Positions 45,412 through 58,686 of a stretch of 64,000 nucleotides of DNA are shown here, in pieces. The notes beneath the pieces were generated by a model, which had not been told where the DNA came from, ran no database searches, and was given only the letters and a program-made list of their open reading frames with translations. The stretch is from positions 249,720-313,719 of the forward strand of contig CDMY01000613.1 in assembly GCA_001179505.1 (NCBI GenBank), written 5' to 3'. A program made the translations under genes and the position numbers. Positions within the stretch are counted from its first letter, which is position 1. Each line of letters starts with the position of its first letter. This stretch comes from Vitrella brassicaformis CCMP3155 (lineage: Eukaryota > Protista > Chromerida).

Positions 45412-48400
45412 ATGAGGACGAAAGCATTGCTCGTTCAACTTGTTGTTATCGCATGCTGCTTCACGGCGGCGCTCACAGAGCCCTGGAAACACCATTTTAA
45501 GAGGCACCCATACGAAGAGACGTTCAGCACCAAGCACCCCCCGAATCATTTGGAGGATGTCAGGGACGCCGACGGTACGTAGGGAGTAATGGCACATGGT
45601 CTTGCATTTCTTGTGTCCTTGCTATGTGTTGTTATCCATAGTTGAACTGCTCGAGGCACTGTTCGCACAGGGCGAGGCGTACAAGGGCATGCGTAAGTCG
45701 TGCAGAGAGGAGAAGATGTCACACAGCGGAGCGACAATACTTTTCTCCGCTTCCATGTGCTCCCGTTCCTCCGCAGTCATCCCATCGTGGACCAAGAAAG
45801 GCGAGCCCGTCCGTGCTTCTGGTCTGCCGTGTCACGTCGTCTGTGGCCAAAAGGGCCACTTCCCATGCCCCTTCCTGGCGGAAGTTCAGCACACTGTGTG
45901 GGGAGGCAAGGTCAGTAATCAACTTACACACCGCCGCGAATACCAAGATGAGCCACCCGCCCCCCATACAATTGGTTTATTTTGCGTACGTGCATCTGGA
46001 TGTCTGCAAGGTCTTCCACGTGGACCATCACACAGGGATGACCACGCTGGAGAACGTCCGCACCTTGGGCGGCAAGACCATCACAGCAGAGGTGTACGAG
46101 AACGAAGGCTCCAAGAAAGATGGCAGGCCTTCCGTGATCTTCGACTACTCCAAGAGCCTTGTCGCCACCGTCAGCCAAATCATCGATGAGATCAGACTGG
46201 TCAACAAGGACACCCTCCTCTATCTCGGTTCAAAAGAGGATGTGTCCATAGAAGAGAAGCAAGATGTCTATCGGTGGTGTCTCCGTCTGCTTGCAGGCAA
46301 GAGCTATATGATACAAGGAATGGGGAAGGAGCCCGTCTTGCTCGCGTATTTCGCCCTGGAATTCGACGCATTGGTCGACAAAAAATGCGACCACATTGTG
46401 GTACTGACAGAACTGACAGATTGGTGGTGGCACTCCATGCAGCTCAATATCCTCTGCGTGTCAGGTTGGTGGCGGCGCTGCGGGTACCGGCTTGGCGTTC
46501 ACTCTCGCAGAGAGCGGCTACGATGTCTGCATTTACGAGCGAGGCGACTACCGCACCAAAACCTACCCGGGCCAGACGATCGACGGATTCAGCGTCAGTG
46601 AGGGAATGCCACCAGGAGTCGAGACACCGCCGTGATGAGTGTCCTGTACGCTTCTGTCTGTTTGCAGGATACTCTGGTCTATCCCAAGATCGGCCAGATA
46701 TACATCACGACCGAGGGTGTCCGCTCACATGTGGCCAACATTCTCTCGGGCGGAACCGCTCTCAGGTAGGCAAGAAAGACTGTGCATGTCCCCATGTGGG
46801 GTGCGACACGACACGAATGGGGCTCATTCCTCCATCATCAACCGGCTCCTCTCTCAGTGCGGGCATTCACATTGAAGAGGAGCCCGACTACTACCGCTAC
46901 GTGGAGAGAGAGTTCAGCACCAAAAAGGGTAAAGTCGAATTCTATCAAGACCTCGTTGACGAGGTGAGATGAGCATATACATATCCGTGAGATGCCTGCA
47001 TGCACCGAAGTGGGTTGATGTCTGTCTCTCTGTGTCTGTCTGTCTGTCTGTCTCTCTGTCTGCCGGCTTGCCTGCGTCCGTCCACTTATGCCAGGCTTTC
47101 GAGTGGATCGAGAAATCGCTGCCCGCCGACCTCGTGAGCTATGATCCCGCCTACACTCCTCACTACCTGGAGGCCCTTATCGCTGCCGGCTTGGGGCCAG
47201 ACCGCGGCTCCAACAGAAAGGTGCCTCTCGGCGCCGTGCGCGCGGGCAGGTATATATTGGACACAAGTCCATCGGCGGAATTAAATTGTTGTCTTCCGTC
47301 CCTTGCTCGCTCTTCTTCCTCTCCGTCAGTTTGTTTGAAAACGATGGAAAGGAAATGTCGCCCCACCGAGAGCGCCGCGGAAGTGACGTGCTGCTGTGGG
47401 CGGGGGATCCCTCCAAGAACGGGGGATCTCTGACGGTCAGAGTGCGGCAGACCGTCCTGGAACTCGAATTCGACCATGATAGCATGAAAGGCGCCAAGGA
47501 CAAGAAGGGAGGCAGGCCGAAGGCAGTGTGCATCATCTACGCCGACTCGCCGGACAAACTTCCTCTTGAGGACTCTTTGGCCAACCAGATGGGCATCAAA
47601 AAAGTGCTCACCGACGAGGAGAAGCCCATGAATCGGAAGAGGCAGTGTGTGAGCCCGGGAGGCGAGATATGGATGGCCGCGGGGGCCGTGCTCTCGCCTG
47701 TGCTGATGATGCGCAGTGGTGTCGGGCCTAAGGATGTGGTGGACAAGCTCATGGCCAACCAAGGCAAGGAGCCCGTCATGTACATGGAGGAGCTGGGCAA
47801 GAAACTCTTCGACCGCAACTTTGTCCCCCTCTCAATGTTCCTCAAGACCCCATCCCCGGCCACCATCATCTCCTACGCCGCCATGCAGCTCGTCGGCGAT
47901 CACTGCCCGGACGACAAGCACGGCAAACATGACACACTGCTCGAGTAGGCAATCTTGATTATCAATCGGAGCAGCACAAGAATGCACGATGACCTGCCTG
48001 GTGGGTGGGTGTGCATGTCTCACTGATCCCGCTGTCTGTGGTGGGATGCGTGCAGCATTGGTGAGACAAGCAAACACTGCACGTACATCAACCAGGAGGA
48101 GGTGCACGGCGGCAACACGATCCGCGGCCTGATCATGGCAACCCGAGCGCCTTTCCCGCCCCACCTGAGAAGCCTACCGTAAGCCAAAACTGGCACATGC
48201 ACACACGCGCTGCATGCGCATATCTTGCCCCAGTGAGGTTGACTTTCTCGAGTACCTCCTCCTCGAGTGCGTTGACAAGGAAAACAGCGTCATCTGCGCC
48301 CCGGTGAAGCCACTGCTGCGCTGCCTGGGGTGAGTCTGCCGGCCAGCCAGCCAGCACCCACTACAAACACGTCGACAGACACCCAAGCAATGACGACGGA

Positions 48401-49961
48401 CAGAAAAAAGCAGACGAGCGCTCCCTCTTTCTGCTTGTGTGTCTTGTTGTTTCATCAAGGAAAGCCGCGGGCACTTTCGGGTTCTCTGCGGTGGTCAAGT
48501 CGCGCGGCTACGTCACCGTCAATGAGCACGGTTAGTGAGACAGACAGAGAACGCATGAGCGAAGACATACATGTACGTACGGTCACCCGCCAAAGGAATA
48601 CACATAACTGTGTCTGTGTCTGTCTGTCTGTGTGTCGTTGCAGGCGATCCGGTCGTATCGGGTGGCTATTACAACGACCCAGAGGGCCACGACCTCTTTG
48701 CCGCAGTGGAGGCACTCAAGAGATCCATCCGCATGGCCGGCAGGTGACCATACATACCACACAGATGGATGGCGGGGGATGAGTGCACACACATACGAAT
48801 GTGATGAAATCGATGAGCTTATCTGTCTTGTCTTGTCTTGTGGGTGCAGCGGTGCGTTTGACGACATCGTCGAGAAGAAGACGAGCGTCGGCTGCCCCGC
48901 CGTGTACCTCAGCACGCTCCTCAACCTGATCGCCCTGGCAGGCAGACGCCTGCCCGGCGGGGGTTTCTTCACAGTAAGTAAACAGATGGACACCTCGCCT
49001 CGCCTCGACGCAGCCACGACGTACTTCCCTCGTTCGTTGATCAGGATTGGGAGACGATTCGTCGCAACATCATTTGGACTCCGGGCGAGGAGGAACCTCT
49101 CACGGCCTTCCTGGGCGAACGCGGTCGCAAGCTGATGGCCGAGGACCCTTTCGTGTCGTTTCTGCACGGAATCCGCGACAGGGTGCTGCAATTCCGGGAG
49201 GCTTTGGGCCTCGACAAGGACTCCCCCGGCTGGCTGGGCGACGAGTCACCCGCCGCCAAGTGGCTGTTGGAGGAGATTGAGAAGGCCAATGATCCCCCCA
49301 AGAGACGCGAGATGGCCTGCGACTTGGACAAGTGGGGCAAGCCTTCGGGGCCGGAATGCGGCGACATGACGTTGGAGGAGATGCAGATCGAGCACGCCAA
49401 GGACATCAACCTCTTCCCGCCACTCCCCAAAGTCATCAACGACCACACCCTGGCCGAATACGTCAAGACGCACGGAAGCTCCATTTGGCACTGGACCGGG
49501 TGAGTGGAGTGAGTCGAGAGGGCCGAGCGGGGGGGTGGACAAGAATGACACTTACACGCCCTCCGTTGGTGGATGTCATGTGCAGATCGGCACCGATGGG
49601 CACCATAGTTGACAGCCATTTCCGCGTGTTCGACATGGATGGGCTCAACATCTGCGACGCCTCCATATTCCCCGACGTACGTCGCGTCGGTCAATGCACG
49701 CGACACATTGGATCTTTCCCCAATGAATATCAATGTGTCTCCTCCCTCCCTGCGTGTGTTTCGACAGATCACCCGCATGAACGTGCAGGCGCAGGTCAGT
49801 GAGCCAGCGAGCACTGCAGCATGAGACATAAACGGATGCTGACGCGACACGTCCTGGTTCTCTGCTTGCAGTATTTCATGGTGGGGCGATACTGCGGCTT
49901 GGTGCGGCGCAAGAAGGAGGGGTGGGGCGGGCCACACCATGGCCACGATGGCCACCACTGA
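45412..49961 (+). CDS. Secreted GMC-family FAD oxidoreductase with an extra N-terminal beta-barrel-like domain
   Basis: Signal peptide MRTKALLVQLVVIACCFTAALT-EP. Rossmann motif across an intron: DHIV|VGGGAAGTGLAFTLAESGYDVCIYERG. Also LSGGTAL, EIWMAAGAVLSPVLMMRSGVGP, catalytic His region SSIWHWTG, VDSHFRVFDMDGLNICDASIFP and Asn in MNVQAQ. Stop TGA at 49959-49961. Confidence 0.85.
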
Positions 49962-50772
49962 TTCTGAATCCGCCGGCTGCTGCCCCTCTCCCCATACTCA
50001 CTCACTCTAGCCCGTCTTCACATTAAGTCGTGCGCCTGTTTGCTATAAGGGCGTGTATCTTGTCCTCCTCCTTTGATTGTCTGCTGCTTAGTGCTGTCTG
50101 AGCCAGGTCAATAATCATAAGGCCATAAATAACGTATGTAGAACGAATGGGTTTTAGGGGCAGTCACTAAGCTGGCTTGAACGAGGCTTGAATGGGGAGG
50201 GGCGCGCAACCGAGCATCTGCTGAGTGGGCCGGTTGCTATATTCTGCCTGCAAGTGAAGTGGATTTGCAGACCTTTGCAGACCTTTGCAGACCTTCGCTG
50301 GGATATTGCGGACTCGTGTGCTGTTCAAAAAACGCTGAGTCTGGCTGAGGTGCGTGGTCTGCACATTGATTCCTTCACATGAAGGCCTCGGCTCTCTGCA
50401 CACACGTATGTGTGGAGATGTGTGTAATTGTGTATCTATGTCCCTCCCTCCCTTCCCCTTGGCCCACCGGCCGACACACAAGTACATCCATCCATCCATC
50501 ATTTCTGCCTGCCTGCCTGCCCGCCTGCCTGGAGACACGTCGCATAAGTTACCCACAGTCATGAACCACACAAATGTATACGGTCGGTCAGTCAGTCACG
50601 TCAGCGCATGCACCCAGCCATGCATGGCCTGGCAGGACCTACCACCCCACCTCAACAAAGCACCCTATCGATCTCGGTCGGCGGCAGGGAAGCTTCTCCA
50701 GCTGTCTGTCTGTCTGTCTGCCTCTCAGTCGTTTGTCCACTGGCTGGCTCATCCGATAGATCGATTGATCCA

Positions 50773-53700
50773 TCAGCCATGATGTCCATGGCCTCCCCTG
50801 CCCGCCGCGCGCGCCGATCCACTCGCCGGCGTGACGCAGCCCAAATACGCACTCACGTCTTTGCTGTTGCTGTCCTTGCTGCCTGTGTCGCCCAGGCCCC
50901 CCTCCCCCCGACCGCCCTCGTGCCGGCTGGCTTCCTTCTCGCTATCTTTGTCGATCGTCCTGCGTCGGGGCAGCAGCAGTGGGGGCGGTGGGATGACCCT
51001 TTCCCTTTGGTCGTTGTCGTCGTCGTCCCTCCCCAGCAGCTCCCGGTGTGTGGTGCCTTCGCTCCACGAGAGGGACCTCTTGATGAGCGGAAACGACGAC
51101 GGGTGGGGCGGGGTGGGGCTGTCGAAGGGCGACAACAGCTCAGACATCGACGAGAAGCGTCGGAACTCATTAATCAGCTTGGCGCGCCGCGCTTGACGGT
51201 CCGACGCTGAATAACGGCCGTGCACAATCTGCTGCTGGTGGCTGGCCTGGAGGGGCAGCATGGTGCTCTCTGTCTGCTGGGAGGGAGAGGTGGGCGGGTC
51301 GGTGCAGCTGCGGGAACACGCGTGTCGATCGGTTTTCGGGGGTCGCGTCATGTCGTCGTCCAGCTGCTGGCCGGCGTCATTGCCCACCCTGCGGCCACCT
51401 CGCTTGTTGAGAAACAGGCAGCTGCACACGAGCGGCTTGTCGTCGGTCGGCACGGTGCCCTCTCCTTGGTCGCTCCACTCACTGCTCTCATAAGCGTATT
51501 TGCCCCACAAGTGCCGCTGGAACCGCCGCAGCAAGAGAAAGAGGACCAGCATCAGCAGCACGGCCGCAATCACCGATCCGATCGCAATGGCCACTGAGGC
51601 GGCTGTCTCCTGGCCGGGCGACAGCTGCACCGCCTGACGACTCCTTTTGCCGTCGTCGGGCGAACGGTGAGGCTGTGCAGGGTGAGAGGGCGGCAGAAAA
51701 GAGGACGATGGCTGCTGGGAAGCGACCTTGGAGCTGCTGATGGTCATGGTGGCGGAGGGGGGGAGAAAGGCCGACAGAGAGGCGCGTAGGACGCTCGACG
51801 GCTCAGAGACTCCGGCACTCAACCCTGAGCAAAGAGGCACACAACACAGAGAGAGATGACGGGACACTCGTCAGCGGTCAGGTCTCTTACTGGTGGATAT
51901 GGCTGTTGAGTTGAGGCGAGCTGGCCCCTGTGTCGGACCAGGCGCCTCACTGCCGTCACCGGCCGAAGCGGACGGCACCACGATGACAGCCATCTCGGTG
52001 TTGTTGGTGGGGGTAGACGGGGCGGGGGGCTGGATGGGGGCGTTGTGGCTGACGGTGAAGGTCACAGACAACGGATCGCTCTCCTTGACCTTGTCGACTG
52101 TCACGTGCTCACGCTCGATCGAGAGCGTCTGCAGTCAGTAAGGTAGGCGCCAGACACAGAGGGAAGGGAACGGACACAATCGGCATGCTGCTGCTGTGGA
52201 TAGATACCTGTGCCAACTCACCTCCGCCACGCCGCTTCGGATCGCCTCTTTGAGTCCCGACACGTCCGCCCCCTCTCTGATGGGCTGGTCAAACGTCACT
52301 GTGTAAGACGACCTGTCCTTGTCCTTGTTCCCCCCCATTCGGCCGTCTCGATCTCCGCTGCCAATGACGCCGCGCACAAAGTCCACCGTACGGTTGAGAA
52401 GGTCAGCGAAGGCACCTGGGGGCACGTCCTCCTCGCTCTCGCTTGCCCGCGAAGACGTGCCGCTGCCGCTGCTGCTGCTGGTTTGTGGCTGCCCTTGCTG
52501 CGGTTGTTGTTGACCCTCCGACTCCTCTGTCAGCTTGTTCTCTTTGATGGTGTCATTTTCGTCCTTCTTGAGGTCGAAGAGGTCAGCGAAGAGGTCAAGG
52601 CCGCCCGCGATGAGACCAGCAAACCCTCCGCCGCCCTCGCTATCTTGGTTATGCCTCTCTCTCCTCCTCTCACCCCGAGCTCTCGGTGCGGCGGCCTCCA
52701 GCACCTCTGCGTCACGTTCCTCGTTCACAAATGCATCGTCCTCTGTCGCGACGGCCGTTGGGACGGTAGGTTCGTCGCCCGGCTCCTCGTCCAACAGCAG
52801 AACGTCACCCTCCTCCTCAGAGTCTCCTGTGGTGCCGCCCTCATCTGCCTCATCGAGGGGGGCAGCCGTCGTCGCCTCTTCTGGCGCAGATGACACTGCC
52901 TCTCTCTCGGCCATAGTCTCAGCCATAGCCGTGTCCTGGATGTCGTCATCGTCGCCCCCACTCTCGGGCATCGACTGTCCGTGAAGCGGCAGCTGCTCTG
53001 CCCCTACTGAAGCTGACGCTGACGTGGCTGGCGACAAGGCTGCAGGCGGAAGGACGGCTGCAGGGGGAGCAGGGTCAGCAGCCTGTAACTGTGAGGACTG
53101 CTTGGCTTTGATTGGCAGAGAGGGATACGCCGGCATTGGGACACTGCCGGCGGTGCCGTCGAAGTCGGGCGGTACGGGGGCCGAGAAGGACATGTCGTTG
53201 TCGCCCTCGTTCTCTGGTCTCTGCAGCTGGCCAGCGACTGAGTCGAGGGTCGAGTCGACAACCAGTCCAAGCCACTCCCCGCCGCTCTGCGGTCCACCAC
53301 CCCCGGCTCCTCCGCCCGACGCTTCCGAGACCTCGTTGGTGACCTGACCGACGACCTCCATAAACCTGTTGAAGAGCTCCTTGCGGTCCACGTCGCCCCG
53401 CTTGCCCTTGCCGACGCTGCTCGAGGCCTTCTCGTTCTCGCTGCCAGCGAACCAAGCCGCGGCCCTGTCCTCGTAGCCCGGCCTGTCCTGGTCCACGGAC
53501 AGGGCGAGGGGAGAGGGGGAATCCTGGTCCTCCTCTTGCTTCTTGCGTCGCTGGTCATCCCGACCCCCTCCTGCTGTTTTGTTGTCCTCCTTGGTCGTGG
53601 AGCCGTCGCCGCCATCCCTGTTGAGCACTGCCGCGAGCTGCTCCTCGAGTGAAGGGCCCTTTTCGCCTTCACTCCGGGCTGCTGCCGTGGCGGCGCCCGC

Positions 53701-54584
53701 TGAGGTCATTGAGTATGGCTCTTCCTCCTGCTTGTTGTGGTGCCTCTCTCTCTCCCTGGCACTGTAGCTGTTGTCCCTGTCTCGCTTGGCGCCACTCTCC
53801 TGCTTGCGCCTTGGGGGTACGGCGGGGGGCGTGACTTGTGACGCCATGTCGCCGGAGTTGTTGGGGTTGGTTAGCAACGCCGCGTCGGCTGGGGCGGATT
53901 GGGGCGATTGGGGCGATTGGGGCACTGTGGGCAGCTGTTGCTGTTGCTGCTCCTTCTCCTGCTGTAGTAGCTGTTGTTGCTGTTGCTGGGCGGGGCTGCT
54001 GCTGCCAGTGACCTCCTGAATGAATGAAGTACGTGGACACACACACACACGGACACACAAGTAAAATGGTGGGGCCGGTTTGGTTTTTCGTGGTGCTCAC
54101 TGACCTCCAGCAGCTTGGCCATGCCGCCCATCAGCCGCGTCATGTTGCGAGCAGGCCGGTGGTCACCCTAAAGGAAGAAACCGCGTACGCAACAAAATGC
54201 ATCGCTCGGTTAGTGCCCGGCGGCTCACCTCGTTAGCCAGCCTTCCTCTTCGCTTGGCGGGTTTGGCAGCCGATGTGCTCTTCTCTGCCATCATATGAAG
54301 TCACACAGGCCACATGGAACGACCATGATGTCCAATCTGTGCGGCTTGTTTATCTTTGTCTGTCGGTCTGTCTGACTGTTTGTCTGTCTGCTCTTGCACG
54401 ATATGCATGGCGCCACCGACTGACCTCTGAGGGCGAATCCGGCGATGGCATCGACGGCGCTCGTGACGCCCTGCCCGATAGCCGCCGCCAGCTCCGACGC
54501 TTGTGTGTCGGCCGGCTCATCAGCCGGCGCAGACTCGATGATCAAGAGCCACGACAGCAGCAACGTCCACACCAGCATCATCAT
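50773..54584 (-). CDS. Type I membrane protein: signal peptide, acidic/Gln-rich low-complexity ectodomain, SEA-like juxtamembrane module, TM, Ser-rich tail
   Basis: MMMLVWTLLLSWLLIIESA-P; long acidic exon 52135-54060; YTVTFDQP..LKEAIRSGVAE|TLSIEREHVTVDKVKESDPLSVTFTV; TM IAIGSVIAAVLLMLVLFLLL followed by RRFQR. The 3' end may continue after a GAC|GTGAGT donor near 50860. Confidence 0.6.
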
Positions 54585-55209
54585 GTCATGTACGCCAGTG
54601 GAGGTCTTCAGGGCATGCCTGGCTCTCACTTGCTCTCCTGTTCTTCCCACACGGACACTCCACTTCATTCGGCATGCGCCGTTGGAGAGTTTAGGGCTCC
54701 CGTCAATCAAAACACATGAATCCTGGCCAACTGTGCCAGGCATGGCTGTCGCTTGTGCTCTTCCCCGTCGTGTTTGTTTGCTGCGCGAGCATGCCTTCCC
54801 CTCCTGCGGCGCGCGTTGGCCACCCCACCGAGCGATGCACCTTGCACAGGACATCGTGATGTGGCCGTGGCCACGGCCGAAGACGGACACTCGTGGAAAG
54901 GTCTTAGGTGGTGTATGGCGTACGGGCGGGTGGGTGCGTACGCCTGTGTGTCTGCAGCAGGCCGAGAGTGCTACATAGTATGGTATGTGAGATCGACATG
55001 AGCCCACTGCACGTGGATGAATTGACTTCAGCCCGCTGGTATGTACACACATGCGTCGCACCGCACACCAGAGACACCCACACCCACAACCACACTCGCA
55101 CCCCACCCCTTTACTCAGCCCCGCTCTGCTCTCGTCCGCCTTTTACACCACCCGGCTTTGTCTGTCTATCTGTCTGTCTGTCTGTCTGTCTGTCTGTCGG
55201 ACGCCCTAG

Positions 55210-58200
55210 CTACGCCCACTTGTTCCGCTCGACAAAGTGCACGAGCGCTGGATCGTCCACTGACACCGGTGGCAGATACTCACCCTTGTAACGCCGATGC
55301 CACCAGTCACCTGTCATACACAGCACACAGAGCTCAGACAGATCCTTTGCAGACTGATATATGCGTCTTGGTGCGTGTGTGTCACCAGCGTAGCGTACCT
55401 TTGCCGAACCATCCGGTCTCTTTGGGTTTGGTGTACCGGTATTTGTAGTGTGAGGCCCTCACGAAGGTGGGCGGTTGGTCGGGGAAGGGGTTGTGCGCCA
55501 TCAGGCGGAGGACCGCTTTTTCGTTCTTCAGCAGCTTGTATCCGAGGTGCACCAGCCAGGGGTGCTGTTTGTAAGATGAAAAGGCCGCAAACCACTGCAG
55601 GGGCGACGCCAGACAGACAACAGGACAGTTCAGGTGCCTTGGGTGTGGGTATGGGTGTGGGTATGGGCGTGGGTGTCAAGTGACATACCATCAGCCAGTC
55701 CAGTCTGTAGTGGTAGGGCGAAATGATGCATGGCCGACGATCGACCCTGCCCGGCTTGCATATGAAGCCATACTCCTGCCACACGGCCTCAGGGTCATCC
55801 TGCCACGCACCAGGCACACACACACACACAAAGGCAGTTGATGGCTGGCTGTCGGTGTGTGTGTGCACCGGTCGATGCCCCCTGACTTGACTTGGCTTCA
55901 CTTGACGTGCATACCGGTCGTGTGGCGTTGGTGCCCTCAAAGATCACCTCTGTGCGCTGTTTCGTGACGGAGCCGAATGCCCCGTAGGTGTTGACAAGCC
56001 TGAACCGATCGAAACTCGTGTTCATCATCTGCACGAAACGCGCAGGCCACGAACCACACAGCAGCAGACCCAGGGTGAGCGCCTTGTGCGTGCCGGCTCT
56101 CTCTCCCTCCCTCCCTCCCTCCCTGGATCCATCCCTCCGTCGCCTACTTGTCGAGACGATATGAGGTTCTGCACGACCGGTCTAGAAAGCTTGAAGAGCA
56201 GCACAAACACGCCCACCTCCACACACGTCCGCAGCACGCTCACCGCCACCAGCCAGACAGCAGCGCCGGGCCTCCTCTTCTCCCCCGCTCTCCCCTTCAC
56301 AGCCCTCCCTCCCCCCTGCTGCTGCTGCTGCTCACGAGACTTTCTCTGCTTGTCAGTTGTGGTTTTCTTGGCATCTGCCTCTGGGGGCGTCTCGTGCGCC
56401 CCACCGTTAGTGCTGTCCTCTCTCCCGGCCGCAGTGGTGCGCCTGCGCTGCCGCAGCTGGCCAGTGGGGGTGACTGAGAATGCCGTTGGGTCGCTTGCAG
56501 GGCCAGGAGGATGCTCGTCGCCTGAGGCGTGTGTCGAGTGGGTGTGGCTGGACTTGGCCGATGGCATGGCGGGGAGGGGCGGTGGCGGTGGCGGCGACTT
56601 GCCTGATGTGAGCTGGCGCACTCGGTCCACTGTGGCCTTGGGGAAGAGGAAACTGCCATCTCACAGTCATCCATCCATCCATCCATTGGGGTATGTGATG
56701 TGTGGGGGCGTCTGCGTCGTGGCAGGTGCCGCACCTGAGTGAGAGGTCGTCGAAGCAGAAGATTGCAGGCAGGATCGTCAGCCAGTTAAGGAATGAGAGG
56801 TTGCCGGACACAATGAGCATCATCTGGAAGAGAATCTGACACACCACACGGCAATACACACAGATAGACTGTCGTCCTCCCTCCCTCTCTCCCTCCCTCT
56901 CTCCCTCTCCCTCTCCCTCCACCCACGTACTCACCTGGACGGCCCCGCCAAGGAGTCGGCACTGTCGGAGTGGAATGAGCAGGTTGAAGGACAGGCAGCA
57001 CTCCACGATGTGGTTGACCAACGTCTCAGCCCAGTGGAACTCCTGCGGATTGTGGTGCAGATACCTGCAGGCAGAACAGAACACGACAGGCCACCCACAC
57101 CACACCCACGAATACGTTATGTTTCGCATACATAAAGTCGAGGCGTCCGTCGAGCAATGGACGAACGTACCACGAAACGGGGTTTGGGACGGGCTGCGTC
57201 TGATTGATGGTGATGGTGGGCCGGGTTAGTTGTCGACATCGATCAGATCGATGGACACACACACCAGGGAGGAATGGAGTGCAAGGCAGTGGCTGGCATG
57301 GCGCACATACATCTGACCTGCCTTAGCCTCTCACCTGGTAGTGGTACCTGCACGCAGACACACACACACACACACACATCCATCCATCCATCATTACAGG
57401 GTGTCACTGATACCTACTCCATACAGGTCAGGTCGCGCCAGCACGGGTCCCCCCTAATGTGAATCAAGCCACACAATCCATCCCGTCAACCGAGTGATGA
57501 CTGACTGACCCGCAGAACACCCACATACACACAGACAGGTACCTGAGCTTGATCAGGCCGGCCCCCAACATAATACGAAAGATGAGCCATCTGCAGATCA
57601 GCGCAGCCACACATGGGTACCCGGGGTGCTCACGTACGATGCATCTCTCACGTGAACGAACAGTTATGTAACGGTGCCTAGATTAATCACTCTCACCTGT
57701 ATCCCCATATGCACACGAGCGGCGTCGGCCAGCTGCTCGGCAGTCTCGTGAAGCCCCATGCCAGGGGGCACAGAAAGACTGCATAAACGGGCAGACAGAC
57801 AGACAGACAGACAGGCCGACGCTCCCTTCTGGAGTGACTGACGGCCACCTCATCTCACCAACCCATCCCCGCTCACTTGCGAGGAATCCCGACTCGAGCA
57901 ATTGCGATTCCCATCCAAAGGAATACCATCGCTGGCCGACGTTGACGATAGAATGATACAGTCCCCACAGCGCCGCCATCAGCCAGCACGGGCCGCCACC
58001 CACAACCACCAGCACCACCGACAAAGCCACGCCAGCCCATGCCACCAATGCCAAATTGAGGCTCGAACACTCAATGAACAGAAAGATGGACGGCACCTCG
58101 GCTACCCGCTGGTACCAAGGGAGCCCCTCCAGCTGCTGCTTCACTTGGCTCATGTAGGTGCGTGCCGGCAGCAGACCGGAGGGCCCGATGAGGCCGTCGT

Positions 58201-58369
58201 TCTGAAGGGCCGCGACGAGGAAGGCGACGCAGTAGATGAAGCCGATGAACCGCAGGAAGACGATTCTTGTCAGCCAGAAGGAGCCACGCAGCTCAGACTG
58301 GGGCGCCAGCGCCCTGAGGCCATCGATGATGGGCGACATACGCCGCTGCGCTGTGTTTCGAGAACTCAT
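55210..58369 (-). CDS. LMF1: Lipase maturation factor family protein
   Basis: FWLTRIVFLRFIGFIYCVAFLV..GLIGPSGLLPA; YHSIVNVGQRWYSFGWESQLLESGFL; SGNLSFLNWLTILPAI; MNTSFDRFRLVNTYGAFGSVTKQRTEVIFEGT; CKPGRVDRRPCIISPYHYRLDWLM; terminal WWHRRYKGEYLPP..NKWA*. Confidence 0.93.
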
Positions 58370-58686
58370 TCCCCGTCAGACGTCGACGGTGATGGATGGA
58401 TGGATGGATGGATGGATGGAGCGCGAGTCAGATCTGACTTCAAGAACTCACAAGCGCCAACCCAGATCTCACTCGAAGACGGCTCTCCTCTCGCGAATCA
58501 AAGGCTATTCCATATAGCTGCTTGTTCTGTGCGCCGCCTTCATCCCGACGAGGAGCGCCGCGGCACCATCCCTCCTTCTCCTCCTCCTCCACGTCGCGTG
58601 CGAGCTTGAGAGCAAGCAGAGACCGAGAAGCCATCTGCCCCGTTAGATTGATTCATCGTCGGCTGCCCGTGCGTCGGTGTGCGTCG

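Noticed and set aside
53885-53925. 9-bp repeat x3 (PQS repeats) in the membrane-protein gene
   Set aside because: In-frame low-complexity expansion with no structural consequence evident.
22234-58369. Functional link between the DUF676 lipase and lipase maturation factor
   Set aside because: They are more than 30 kb apart with unrelated genes between them. LMF is a housekeeping ER factor, and co-occurrence is plausibly chance.
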